From Camelus dromedarius (taxonomy: Eukaryota): DNA of 64,000 nt. A program made the translations under genes and the position numbers. The stretch's first letter is position 1, and every line of letters starts with the position of its first letter. The stretch covers positions 9,674,001-9,738,000 of the forward strand of contig NC_087445.1 in assembly GCF_036321535.1 (NCBI RefSeq), given 5' to 3'. The notes beneath the pieces were generated by a model that was not told where the DNA came from, made no database searches, and was given only the letters and a program-made list of their open reading frames with translations. This document shows, piece after piece, positions 51,251-62,830 of the stretch.

Positions 51251-52587
51251 AGTTTTTTTTTTTTTAAACATGAAACTTTAACCTGATTGTGTTACTTTTG
51301 CTCTGCTGCATTGCAGGCTGTGGAGTTGGAGAATGGAATATAAACCATGCTTCCATATTAATAGGTCAAATTCTTTACATACTTTGAAACTGTTTCCCTA
51401 TTTTCCATTGGGTATAATAGTTTCAAATTTGAAGCTTGTGTAAGGAAAAAATAGGATATAGTATTGTAATGCCTAGCAAAATGACCGAGTTATAAAATGA
51501 ATGAGAGATATAATGACCATTTTGTTATGGTCACTAAACAGTGGCTGTTATTTGATCACTTATTAATAATTTCTAATATGATTTAATATATTTCATTGAT
51601 ACATTAAATGCAATTTTCTTTTTCTTAGATAATGAAATGGCAAAATCCTATGTAAAAAAAGTTTGACTCAATGGTTCCATAACACCTAATCTACAAACTA
51701 TGGAAAAAGTATTCTATAAAAATAGAAACATGAGCAATAAATAACTCAACATCTATCCATTGTTAGAATAAATTAATATTTTATATTGGTTTTGGCTCAG
51801 GACATGTTCAAATGAATGCAATACTTGAGATTAAACAAAGCATTTTGAAATTTGTTATTAAAAACACTGTAATTGATGCAGGAGCTAAAGAAAGCAAGCC
51901 TAACACGGCAGGATTCTTCCTCTGCTCCTTGTGTTGGTGTGTGCTTGTTAAACGTGTAATTATCACACCTTCTCTAAAGGGTATTGGAGGTTACAAAGTG
52001 TAAATATATTAACATTTCTTTTCCCCAAATATCAAAGTTTCAAAACTCTCGTATAACCATTTACCAATGATTGTAGTCCAGGAGTGTGGTAACTCCCTGT
52101 TCCCTGAGTTACTGTTAAAATATTTGTTAGACTGCAGTTCGTAATTGAACTACTATGTATCCTTGTTTGTTTTCAGTTAAATTGTAAGACCTTTGGCTGT
52201 ATCAGTTATGCTTTATAATTGTGTTATCTTTTAGAGTTGTAAGAACAATGCTAGGTACATAATTGATAGGTTTTGATTGATGAAGAAGTAAGCATAATCT
52301 CAGTTATTTTATTTGACCACTTACATAGATATATTGACCTATTTTTTCCTTTTCTCATTTGATATATTCAGTTTTGCAATAGTTGTATGAAGCAGAGATT
52401 ATAACAGCATTTAAAATCACCAGGAGTGTTTCACAAGAAAAGTAGCAAAAAAAAAAAAAAAAACCAAAACCAAAACAAAACCCTGTAAAAAACAGCATTG
52501 GAATAAATGCATTAATAACCAAGCAAATTAAAGTCTATAAGAACTGATGAGTTGTATGGAACTAAAATTTATAGTGAATATACATAT

Positions 52588-52756
52588 GCACACACACACA
52601 TACACACACACACATCCTTCCACGCATGCTTTTAAACCTTCACACACACTTGAACACACATACATGTATTTTTTTTATCCTACTTGGCATCCAAGTGGAG
52701 ACAAAGAATTGAAACCTTGATCAGCATTTATACATATATATATGTATATATATACA
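52588..52756. repeat. (CA)n and (TA)n microsatellites
   Basis: Interrupted CA run at ~52589-52614 and TA run at ~52728-52755. Confidence 0.85.
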
Positions 52757-52960
52757 TTTTTTCTTAAATTGGTTGCTATACAAGTTGGCAATTAAAATTT
52801 GTTCCCATAGACTCTTTCAAACTATAGAGTATCTTCAGATCTAGAATTGTTAGTTAAGAAATAATTTTTATGAGGCCCAGAAAAATATTCCTTGCAGTAA
52901 ATTCAGGAGTATAAATAGTGCTTTCTATTACTGTAATTTTTTTTTATTAAAAATGCATAC

Positions 52961-53008
52961 TGTATTCATCAGCCCAGGCTGCTATAACAAAATACTGCAG
53001 ACCAGCTG
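52961..53008 (-). mobile_element. Short MLT1A/B-type LTR terminus
   Basis: TGTATT...GGCTGCTATAACAAAATACTGCAGAC is the characteristic antisense MLT1A/B end. Confidence 0.6.
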
Positions 53009-54873
53009 TAAAATATGTCCAAAAGAAAAGGAAATACCAACACCTGGATGCAAAAACAGTCTACAAATATGCAAAGTAAATGAGCAATTCATAAAATAAA
53101 TTGACAGAATAATATGTTGGGTAATAAAATACCAATACTTCTTGAGAACCAAAATATTTGTCAGGAAAATTTAAAAAGAAAAAGAAATCCTTAATTTTTC
53201 CCCCTAATGTGTGGAAATTAACAGTTTAGCATGCTTTTAGCCCAGTGTGTCTCTGTTAGTAGTCAATTTTTCACTGAACATTTAAAAAAAAATCAAAGGA
53301 ATTTCCAAGAGCTATTATGACTTCCACTTAAAGATTAAAGTTGCTGTTTTCTATAAGGCTGGTTGTTGTCTGTAACTTTGTCATCTCGTATTGAAATGAA
53401 GACATTTTAGTTCTTGTCTTCATGTTTGAAATGTGGTGTGTAAAGTATTAGAGCATACTATTATTAAATTGTAGTTTTCCCATCCACACTATTCTTGTCT
53501 CTTCACTTTTGCTGTCATTTCTTACCTTGCATCTTGGATTTATATGTATTTGTATTTTTCTCAAGATGAAAGGAAGTTTTCCTCAGCAGGTGTGCAGTAT
53601 TATTTTTGTCATGTCGCCAGTGTATTATAAAAATTGCTCACTTAATGAGGATTGACAGCACATACAGAGAATATGTTCTAGAAAATCAATTTCAAGGATC
53701 ACTTTTCATTTATTATCTGATTGTAAAACAGTATAATGGTATTACGCATCCTGTCAGAATTATGGTAAGCAATTCAAATATCTCAGTACAACTTTAAGCC
53801 TGTTCTTTACTCCTTAGTATGATGTTAAAAAGTAAAAATCGGCTGCTGTGAAAAGTGTCCAGTGTTCAAGCTTAAAGGTGGACTAGCATATTGCCACATG
53901 TATGGTATTCTTATGCCTGAAGTACCTGAAAGTATGTGCATTTCCAATACTATCACCTTTTAAAACCCCACACTTGGATAGATTTAAATTAACCACACTC
54001 TTGAATTGGGGCGCTGAATGAAAGGTGTGTCTCTGAATGAAAATACTTAGGTTTAAAACTAATCTTAACCTGGGCCAATGATGGGAAGTTTTCTGACTGC
54101 CTTCTCTCTGACGAGAGAAAAACTAGGACAATGGAATCCCTTGGTGGTGAAGCTTTCTCACGTTAGTTTTTACACTTTGTGGGATGTAGTTTTCTATAAA
54201 CCTTTCTTATCCTTCAGTCTGTTCACACTAATAGTGTTTTTAAACTATATCTTTTAAAGACCACTCACATTTGTGGTTTTTAAAATTCTGCACTCTTTGC
54301 AAGAAGTGCCAGTATTTCAGGGTGTAGGATTAAAGAGCGATGTTCTGTTGAAGGGGCTTCGAAAAATGTTATCATTAAATGATGTTAAACAATTTGAATC
54401 AAACTTCATAACCAAAATCTGAATTATACTACTAGATGGAGTTTTGGGTTTTGGGTTGGAGTGTTTGATACATGCTATAGAATTTCAGAGAAAATTACTT
54501 TATATGCTTACTGTAAATATCTGCAGGTGTTCACCTGCATACTTCAGTGGCTTTCTCTGAGTTATTATTAGGATCTGTAATAAAATTTAATTTTAACTTT
54601 TACTTAAAAAAGTGTCCTATACTAGGGATTAGAATAACACTTGCAAATCAGAGCATTACATTAATCTCAGAAAGGTAACATTAAACAAGATTTGTGAAAC
54701 AGTGCAGGAACCTGTCGAGTTTACAGACAGGCAAGCTAAAGCTTATACTCTGGGATGACACTTGCCTTTAATTCATGGTTGTTTGAGTGACCACTGACCT
54801 CAGGATTGAAAAAGCAGTTTCATCTGGTCAGTCACAGTTATCAGCAGCTAACACATGAGCCGTATATGTGCTA

Positions 54874-56279
54874 GTTTTTTTTTTTTTAACTTTTTTTGAT
54901 TTATAATAATTTTACTATGTTGTGTCAAATTCCAGTGTAGAGCACAATTTTTCAGTTATACATGAACATATATGTTTTGTCATATTTTTTTCTTTGTGAG
55001 CTACTATAAGAACTTGTATATATTTCCCTGTGCTATACAGTATAATCTTGTTTATCTATTCTACATTTTGAAATCCCTGTCTATCCCTTCCCACCTCTCA
55101 CACCCTTTGCCAGCCACAAATTTGTATTCTATGTCTATGAGTCTGTTTCTGTTTTGTATTTACGTTTTGTTGTTTGTTTGATTTAGAGTCTACAAATGAG
55201 TGATCTCATATGGTATTTTTCTTTCTCTCTCTGTCTTAGTTCACTTAGAATGACATTCTCCAGGAGCATCCATGTTGCTGCAAATGGTGTTATGTTGTTG
55301 GTTTTTATGGCTGAATAGTATTCCATTGTATAAACATACCACTTCTTTATCCAGTCATCTGTTGATGGATTTTTAGGCTGTTTCCATGTCTTGGCTATTG
55401 TAAATAGTGCTGCTATGAACATTGGGGTGCAGGTGACATTTTGAAGTAGGATTCCTTCTGGATATTTGCCCAGGAGTGGGATTCCTGGGTCATAGGGTAA
55501 GTCTATTCCTAGTCTTTTGAGGAATCTCCATACTGTTTTCCACAGTGGCTGCACTAAACTGCATTCCCACCAGCAGTGTAGGAGGGTTCCCCTTTCTTCA
55601 CAGCCTCTCCAGCATTTGTCATTTGTGGATTTTTGAATGATGGCCATTCTGACTGGTATGAGGTGATACCTCATTGTAGTTTTGGGGGTTTTTTATAATT
55701 ATTTTATTTATTTATTTTTAACATTTTTTAATTGATTTATAATCATTTTACAATGTTGTGTCAAATTCCAGTGTAGAGCACAATTTTTCAGTTATACACC
55801 TCATTGTAGTTTTGATTTGCATTTCTCTGATAATTAGTGATACTGAGCATTTTTTCATGTGCCTATTGATCATTTGTATGTCTTCCTTGGAGAATTGCTT
55901 GTTTAGGTCTTTTGCCCATTTTTGGATTGGGTTGCTTGTTTTTTTCTTATTAAGTCATATGAACTGCTTATATATTCTGGAGATCAAGCCTTTGTCGGTT
56001 TCATTTGCAAAAATTTTCTCCCATTCTGTAGGCTGTCTTTTTGTTTTACTTATGGTTTCCTTTGCTGTGCAGAAGCTTGTAAGTTTCATCAGGTCCCATT
56101 TGTTTATTCTTGCTTTTATTTCTATTGCTTGAGTAGACTGTTCTAGGAGAACATTTTTGAGATGAATGTCAGATAATATTTTGCCTATATTTTCTTCTAG
56201 GGGGTTTATTGTTCTTGTTTTATGTTTAAGTCTTTGACCCATTTTGAGTTTATTTTTGTGTGTGGTGTAAGGGAGTGTT
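54874..56279 (-). mobile_element. Young 5'-truncated L1 (camelid-type): ORF2 C-terminus, 3' UTR and poly(A)
   Basis: ORF 55183-55674 contains the ORF2p CCHC knuckle [18 protein letters not shown], and ORF 55955-56242 contains KINKWDL-like/[11 protein letters not shown]. Poly-T starts at 54875. TSD CGTATATGTGCTA (54861-73) / CATATGTGTGCTA (56280-92) matches at 11 of 13. Confidence 0.96.
55684..55797 (-). mobile_element. Nested 5'-truncated L1 3' terminus inside the L1 above
   Basis: Second copy of the same L1 3' end, flanked by a perfect TSD ACCTCATTGTAGTTTT (55668-55683, 55798-55813). Confidence 0.95.
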
Positions 56280-58249
56280 CATATGTGTGCTATTGACAGG
56301 AACCAGTAACTCATACTAGTTCCCTTTTCCCCTAGTAATTGATTTAACCACACTCTATAGCATAGAACTTCAGGAAAGTAGATGTCAGTAGAACTCAACA
56401 TATCTAGGATTCTTACTGGATGGTCATATATCTGTGTGATTATGCAAAAAAAAAAGTCAATACTGGCTAAGATGACAGGCAAGAATACCTCCATGTATTA
56501 ACAAACTCTCCTTAAATAGCAGAACATAAACAGGAAAGTGTAAGTGGAATTTAAGGTTAAAAGATGCTTTTTATAAGTCAGTCTAGTCCTGAAAATTTCA
56601 TAGACCTATAAATCTTCAAAATTTTTGTGTTGAACTTAATCACTAATTTAAGGAGGCTTCTTAAATAATTGACTAAAGTAGGTGGAAACAGTCCCTTCCC
56701 CAAAGAGTGGATAGGCGATGGGATCCATTGAAATGGAAACTTACTTGGAAATCAACATCCTAGTGAAATGAGAAACAAATTCATACATGTTCTCCATTTT
56801 AATAAAACCCTTATTTTTATACTTATTTCATACAGTTAATGCTTAAGTAGCAATTCTAGGATTGTTTGTAGGGCAGGTTAACAATTCAGGTGTCTATTGT
56901 GTTTTCTTCACAGTTAGAAAACAGAGTCTGGAAAGAAAGTTAAAAGCTAGCTAATCTGTTTCCTATCAAGAGAGGGCAAAAGGGATTATAACCACCTGTG
57001 GCAAGTGCCTACCAGTTCATCTCTGCTTGAAATGACCTATCTTACAAATTTGCTGAGTTCCTCTCTCTCAGAGAGAAGGTTACTGATAACTTGAAGAATG
57101 TCGAGATTGTACCATGCCTAGAGTAGACTGAAGTAACATATCAGTTGATACATTGTAATGCAAATGAAAGACACATGAATTCTGGGCCAACATTTATCTG
57201 GGCATTCCTCCTCTAGTCAGTTCTTAATTGTTCTGTGTTCTATAATCCGAGGTACAGATTCAATTCAATCTATTATCTTTGGCCAAGAATTTGTCAAAAA
57301 GCCAAAATGTCACATTAAATATCACTCAACTTTTAAAAGAACAAAATGAAAAATTGTAAGTATGTATTTTAAAAGCATGGAAATCTTCCTATACTTGTCT
57401 TAGTCTACTTTCATATCTTGTTTTGGGATAGATATTCCAAAATATTGATTTAGCAAAATAAAAAAATACTTATTTATTGATGCATAATTAGTATCTTCAG
57501 GAAAATAATATAGTGGATCATGTAACTTGGGACATTTATATTCAAACCATGAATTTATGGGCATTACTTACGTATAGTTTCAAGAAGAACATCAATTCCT
57601 GAAATTTATTTCCTTCCTGTAAATTGCCTCCTTAGGATGCAAGCAAATGAAAACGCTGCTTCATTTTGAAGAGAGTGACTTTAAAATGCTCTAGGTAGGA
57701 TGCAAATAAGGATTTATTTAGAATGAATATCAAGAATATACATATTAAAAGTACATAATTTTTTACAACGTTGACTTTAAAAACTGCATGAAAAAATAGA
57801 CATCAGAGCTGAAACTTTAGATGAAAATAATTACTGTTGAAGCATCTCAATTTCAATGTATGTATGAATAGCATGGTTAAAAGATTTGAAGTTATGACTA
57901 AAGTATACAAAAGAAACCACTGCCAATATGATTGTATGCATCATATTTTAATAACAGAATGAATAAATATCCATTTCAAAACTGGTTTAAAGTTCTCTGG
58001 TGGACATCCCTTAAAAAAGCATTTCTCAAAATTTCAACCAAAATTCTTTTGAAAACAAATGAAAACATATCAGGAGCGAATGTCAAATTATTGCTGGAAT
58101 TAGATAGAAATTTTCATTAATTAGAAGATGTGGTGTCTACATAGTGTCTACCAAGTTATTCCACTTAGAAAAATATACATCTGAAATAAGTAGAAAGAAA
58201 TAAGCTTCTAGTTTATAGTCAATTATTTGGTCAATTCTATGCAAAATTT

Positions 58250-59740
58250 TTGAGAAGCTAGATTAATGGACAATTTAAGAAATTAATTATATGAAATGAT
58301 TTCATGGTGACTAGAGGGATAATTAGATAAATAATTTTCAAAAAACTAAAAATGCAGCAAAGGCAACCCAACTAATACCATTAAATCCATTAAATTTTTA
58401 GAGCAGCATTAATAAATCTCCATTTCAGACTTTGGTTCAAAATGCTCTGGATAACAGCTCAACGTTCCCCAGATTTGCATAGTTTTGAATAGGAGAGATT
58501 ATATTAAAACTTCTAAGAAGCATTGAGTTCTAGTATTTTGGAAAGTTTTGTAGGTAAACATTGTAATTAAATTTTTCTAAATTGTTTTTTGAAATCAGAA
58601 AACAATAGTGCCTTCATAAACAACACAATGAGAGAATACTAACACCAATTTCATATTAATACTTATGTAAAAGTTATTGCTAAAAATTCATATTTAATAT
58701 AAGAATGTAAACATGATTCAGTATTAGTAAATATATTAATACAGTTCTTCATACTAATAGGTCAGCAAAAATTTCATATAATGATTTCCTTGAAAATTTA
58801 TTTGATAAAGTTCAAAAATCATTTAAAAGCCTTTAATTAAATAAAAAATAATGGATCTATAAACATAATGTTAATTCATAATCCAGAATCATGCATAGTA
58901 CAGTAACATAGGAATTACCATTAAACTCAGGAAGACTAATGAGGGTATGTGTTACTAATAGTCCTTGAGTATTCTACATAGAAGTCCAATCAATGCAATT
59001 AGAGGAAAGAAAGAATATAGAGATTTTTCAATTGATACACAAAAATTAACTTTAAATATACTGACAATGAGTTAGAATAAAGAAATGAAAGAATAGACTC
59101 TTCGTAGCAGAAGATAAAAATGGAAGCACTTTTTAAAATGTTTACAGTGGGCATGTATGACCCAAGTTTAAAATTAAACACTTTTTATAAAAAAAAATAC
59201 AGTAGGTAAAGGGAATTAAGAGGCACAAACTTATAGTGATAAAACAAGTAAGTCGTGGGGATGTAATACAAAGAATAGAGAATATAGTCAGTAATAGTGT
59301 AATAACTTCAAATGCTGACAGGTAGTAACTTGACTTATCATGATCACATCAGTGTACATAGACATTGAATCACTGTGTTGTACACCAGAAACTAATAAAA
59401 ATATATGTCAATTATCCATCAGTAATTTTAAAAAGACAATAGCTTTGGAAGTGAAAAATGTATGATTGATGGTGACAAAATTTAAATACACATTAAATAT
59501 TTCAGCAAGAAATCTGAAAGACTTCGATAGTTAACAATTTGTAAATCTATAGAAACTTTATTAAAAAAGCATAAAAATGGACCTCCCTAAATAAATGGAA
59601 TGGCATAACAAGTGTCTGGGTAAAAGCACTCCTTATGGTAAAGATACTCATTCTCTCTAAATCAATCTGTAAACAAAATAAAAATTATAAAATCTTAAAA
59701 AAAAAAAGTGAAACCTGGAAACCTGACTGTAAAATTTATC
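58250..59740 (+). mobile_element. Very old L1 ORF2 remnants with an inserted L1MA-type 3' end (~59200-59435)
   Basis: TTTGATAAAGTTCAA (FDK.Q) and CCATTAAACTCAGGA. The inserted piece has GGGGATGTAATACA...GAATATAGTCAGTAATAGTGTAATAAC...TGTTGTACACCAGAAACTAAT. Confidence 0.6.
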
Positions 59741-59949
59741 CTCCCTATCAAATACACACACATGATATAAAAGTAAGTCACTAAATAGAAAATTATTCAT
59801 CTACTAACCGACAACTAGAACAACAGGGAAAAAAACTTTCTATAAAGAGAATTGATGAAGAGGGCTCATTATGTAATTCAATTTTACTACTAAACTAGTA
59901 CAAATCTATTTAAAGTATAAACTCAAGGTTAAGTTTGCACCTAAGAGGA

Positions 59950-61007
59950 TGTGGCACACTTCTGATTCGTGTACCTACTTTTATGTCATGTTGGGATGCC
60001 CTTGAGTTTACCTGTGTCTGCCAGCCTTGTCCAGGCTTCCTGCATCCAGGTTCTGAAGGGGTCCAGTTGTGGGGTGAGCTGGGAAACACCTGTCGGGAGA
60101 ATGGATGGGTGTCTGAATGGCCCTTACCTGACTCCAGAATCTCTAGGACCTGTTTGGATCTCTGGGTCCTTTACAGGAATAGTGAAGCCCTAGCCATGTG
60201 AGCCTGGGTCAGGCAAGAGCTGCCAAGGCACCTGACAATGACTGGGGCAGCCAACTTTGCATCTTTCAGAGCCAGTGCGCAGACCTGGAACCACGGACAG
60301 ATCCAACTTAGTTGTGGCCACTCTGAAAGAATCACTTGGATCCAGCAGATACAAAAGGCTGTCCCCACAGAGGGGTATAAAATTCTATCCACCTATCCCC
60401 CTAAAGCATGCTTTTATTCCTATTTCCATGCAGGTCCTTAATGGGCCCTGGATGCAAAGCCCAGACACCCTGAGCTGGTCTGGCTTAGAAAACCAATATG
60501 GGAACTTCCTTGAATCCAGACAACCTGGCAGACTAACCCAGTCGAGCCTGGGGATGGATGGGGGTTCCAAGTCCATCAGTCCCAGCTCTGGCTGGTTGCT
60601 GCCGCTACTCCTAAATGGTTCCTTGCTAGGGTTCCTCCAGGGGTGTCCAGCTTGGTCTGCTTTGAAATGAGATGTTTCTGAAGGAATTCCTAGATCCAAA
60701 AGGCACTGAGGAAGACCCCACAGACCCTAGGTACAGACCCGTTATTCTAAACAACCAGGACCCTCCCAGGCACTCTTCATGCCTGTTGATTTCTAGGGCT
60801 GGGTATAGTCAGTCTTGACTCTGGAAATGACACTAGTGTGGATCTTCATCTCTGGCTCTGGGATTTAAGACCTTTTCATTGCTGATACGGGTGGAAATCA
60901 ACAACAGAGAGTTGCTGTTGGAGGTCAAGCAGGTAGTTAACTAGGTGACAGTGGCATTGGAATTGGTGTCAGAGATAGGTTCTGCCTCTGGGAGTCTATA
61001 CTTAACA
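59950..61007. mobile_element. Unassigned GC-rich ~1.06-kb element, probably an ancient LTR
   Basis: Sharp shift to ~50% GC in very AT-rich flanks, TGTGGCA...TTAACA termini, and TGGTGTCAG PBS-like motif near 60964. No TSD and no recognisable protein. Confidence 0.45.
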
Positions 61008-62289
61008 TGATGAATAAAATATATATTCCACTGTAATTACTGGTGAAAAACAGTGATGTGCTAAAGTTCAAAGTATTAATTCTAAGACTTGACATTTAGT
61101 TAATGGAGACAGAATCATCATAAGACATTATTGAATCTAATTCATTTAAGATATATCTTTTCAGATAAATAATGGTGAAATTAAATTTGCTATTAAAATG
61201 TAGCTTGTTTTTAATATCAAATATAAAAGGTAATACAGGCTTATTATAGAGAAACTACAATACAAGGTTATGGTAGTGAGAGCAATTACCTTTCCTAATC
61301 CTTGGAGAGAAATTCATTTTTTGAGATTGTTTCTTATCTTAGTGTCTATTATTTATTTTGGATGATTTGGTATATATAAAATTGTTTCATTAGCCTGCAG
61401 CTTTTTAAAAATATCTATTTTAAAATAATATTAATTTTAAAAATACATGTTAATTTAAAAATTAAAAAAATAGAACATTAATAAAAAATAAAATCATGCA
61501 CATATAAATTACTTAGGGTTTTTTTTCCCACATAAATTTTTAGATAGATAAGATGATTCAGTGTGTAGTAACTTTTAAGCACACTGAACACAAATATATT
61601 TTCAGGTACTAGTAAGAAGGAAATAGGGACATACTTCTAACAGTGTTAAATATGTGTCTGGTGATTTACAAGTCTGTTAATTGTGTCAAAAACATACATA
61701 ATTTAAGACTAGGTCATCAGAAATCCAGACCAATGAAAACAACTTTGTTGAAGTTTTATTTTGTTCTCTGCAGCAATGATGTTTTTGTAAAGGAGTACAA
61801 GTTACAGTGGTTTAGCCCCTAAACAGGGGATTCTAGAAGAAAGACACCCGTTACCATGTGAAGCAGTCACCAAGTACGTTAGAGATTTCATTTACACCAC
61901 ACAACAAGGATATGTGTATTGGATCACACTTCTTGGGAAGAGCAAAGAAACAGAAGCAGATGAGAAAGAACAGGCAGGGTCAAATATTCTTCTGGAAAAG
62001 CCTCTTGTGTTAGCAAAAACATCACCGCACATACTAGATCTAAACTTTACTCACAGGGATGTGACAATTTCTCCTACTTTCAGAAACACTTCTTGTGTAA
62101 TTGGCATCCCTTTGCATGCATTTTATAATTAAACAGAACACACTTGAGAAGACCATTTTAGTGTCTTCCTTTCTGGTTCCATAGGACACTTGGTTCTAGC
62201 TCTGCAAGAGATGTGAAATTGGCATTATTCCTCCAACAGTGAGTGAGCGTTTTACCAATAAAAAACCTGACTGTTCTGTTTCCAGATGT

Positions 62290-62421
62290 TATATATAATG
62301 TGATATATATGGAAAACTATATCCAAACTATATTATATATATGTATATAAAATCATATAGTATATAGTTTGATCATGTATATATCACATATATAGTTTGA
62401 TCATATTTATATCATATATAT
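62290..62421. repeat. TA-rich low-complexity tract with a short tandem duplication
   Basis: ATATAGTTTGATCAT occurs twice (62362, 62390); AAACTATAT occurs twice in the inverted sense. Confidence 0.8.
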
Positions 62422-62509
62422 TGTTTTACTAAACAACTGGGGAAGGCATGTGTACACTATTTTAGAATTCTGCATGTCAGACATACAGTACACACACTTA
62501 CCCCCCACA

Positions 62510-62830
62510 CACTTGCATATCACTTCTATTTCTGTTGTATTTGTAATTTTCTAACATATATTTTATTCCCTGATTTATTATCTCTTAGAATTTATGGTCC
62601 ATGAGGCAGAAATGTTCTGTTTGGTTGCTTCCTGCTGTGTCCTCTGTTGCTTGGTTATGGCTGGCTCATAGGATGTATACAGTGAATATTGATTGAGTTA
62701 ACAAATGAGGGCCATATAATTCCCAGTTTATGAATGAGGAAACTGAAGCTGTTTAGTAACTTTTTCAGTGTCACTGAAGTAAGAGTAGAGCTAGACATTG
62801 AATCCAAGTCAATCTGAAGTTTCTGATTTA
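62510..62830. mobile_element. L2 3' end and adjacent MIR
   Basis: TCCATGAGGCAG...TGGCTCATAGG...GAATATTGATTGA (L2); CCCAGTTTATGAATGAGGAAACTGAAGCT (MIR core). Confidence 0.75.

Noticed and set aside
41540..55800. Three dispersed near-identical ~55-bp repeats (41.55, 54.92, 55.75 kb) as a CRISPR-like or novel repeat system
   Set aside because: Each is the 3' end of the same L1 family, with its own T-tail and TSD; there is no spacer array.
55183..56242. 163-aa and 95-aa ORFs with a zinc knuckle
   Set aside because: L1 ORF2p C-terminus in a 5'-truncated, interrupted copy; not a host gene.
59935..60699. Overlapping 67-137-aa ORFs on both strands
   Set aside because: Expected from the locally higher GC content; no recognisable domain or consistent frame.
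61791..62132. 113-codon stop-free frame (extends the listed 72-aa ORF)
   Set aside because: It has no ATG and no recognisable homology, and the strong acceptor at 61773 meets stops in all three frames. A few frames of this length are expected by chance in six frames of 64 kb.
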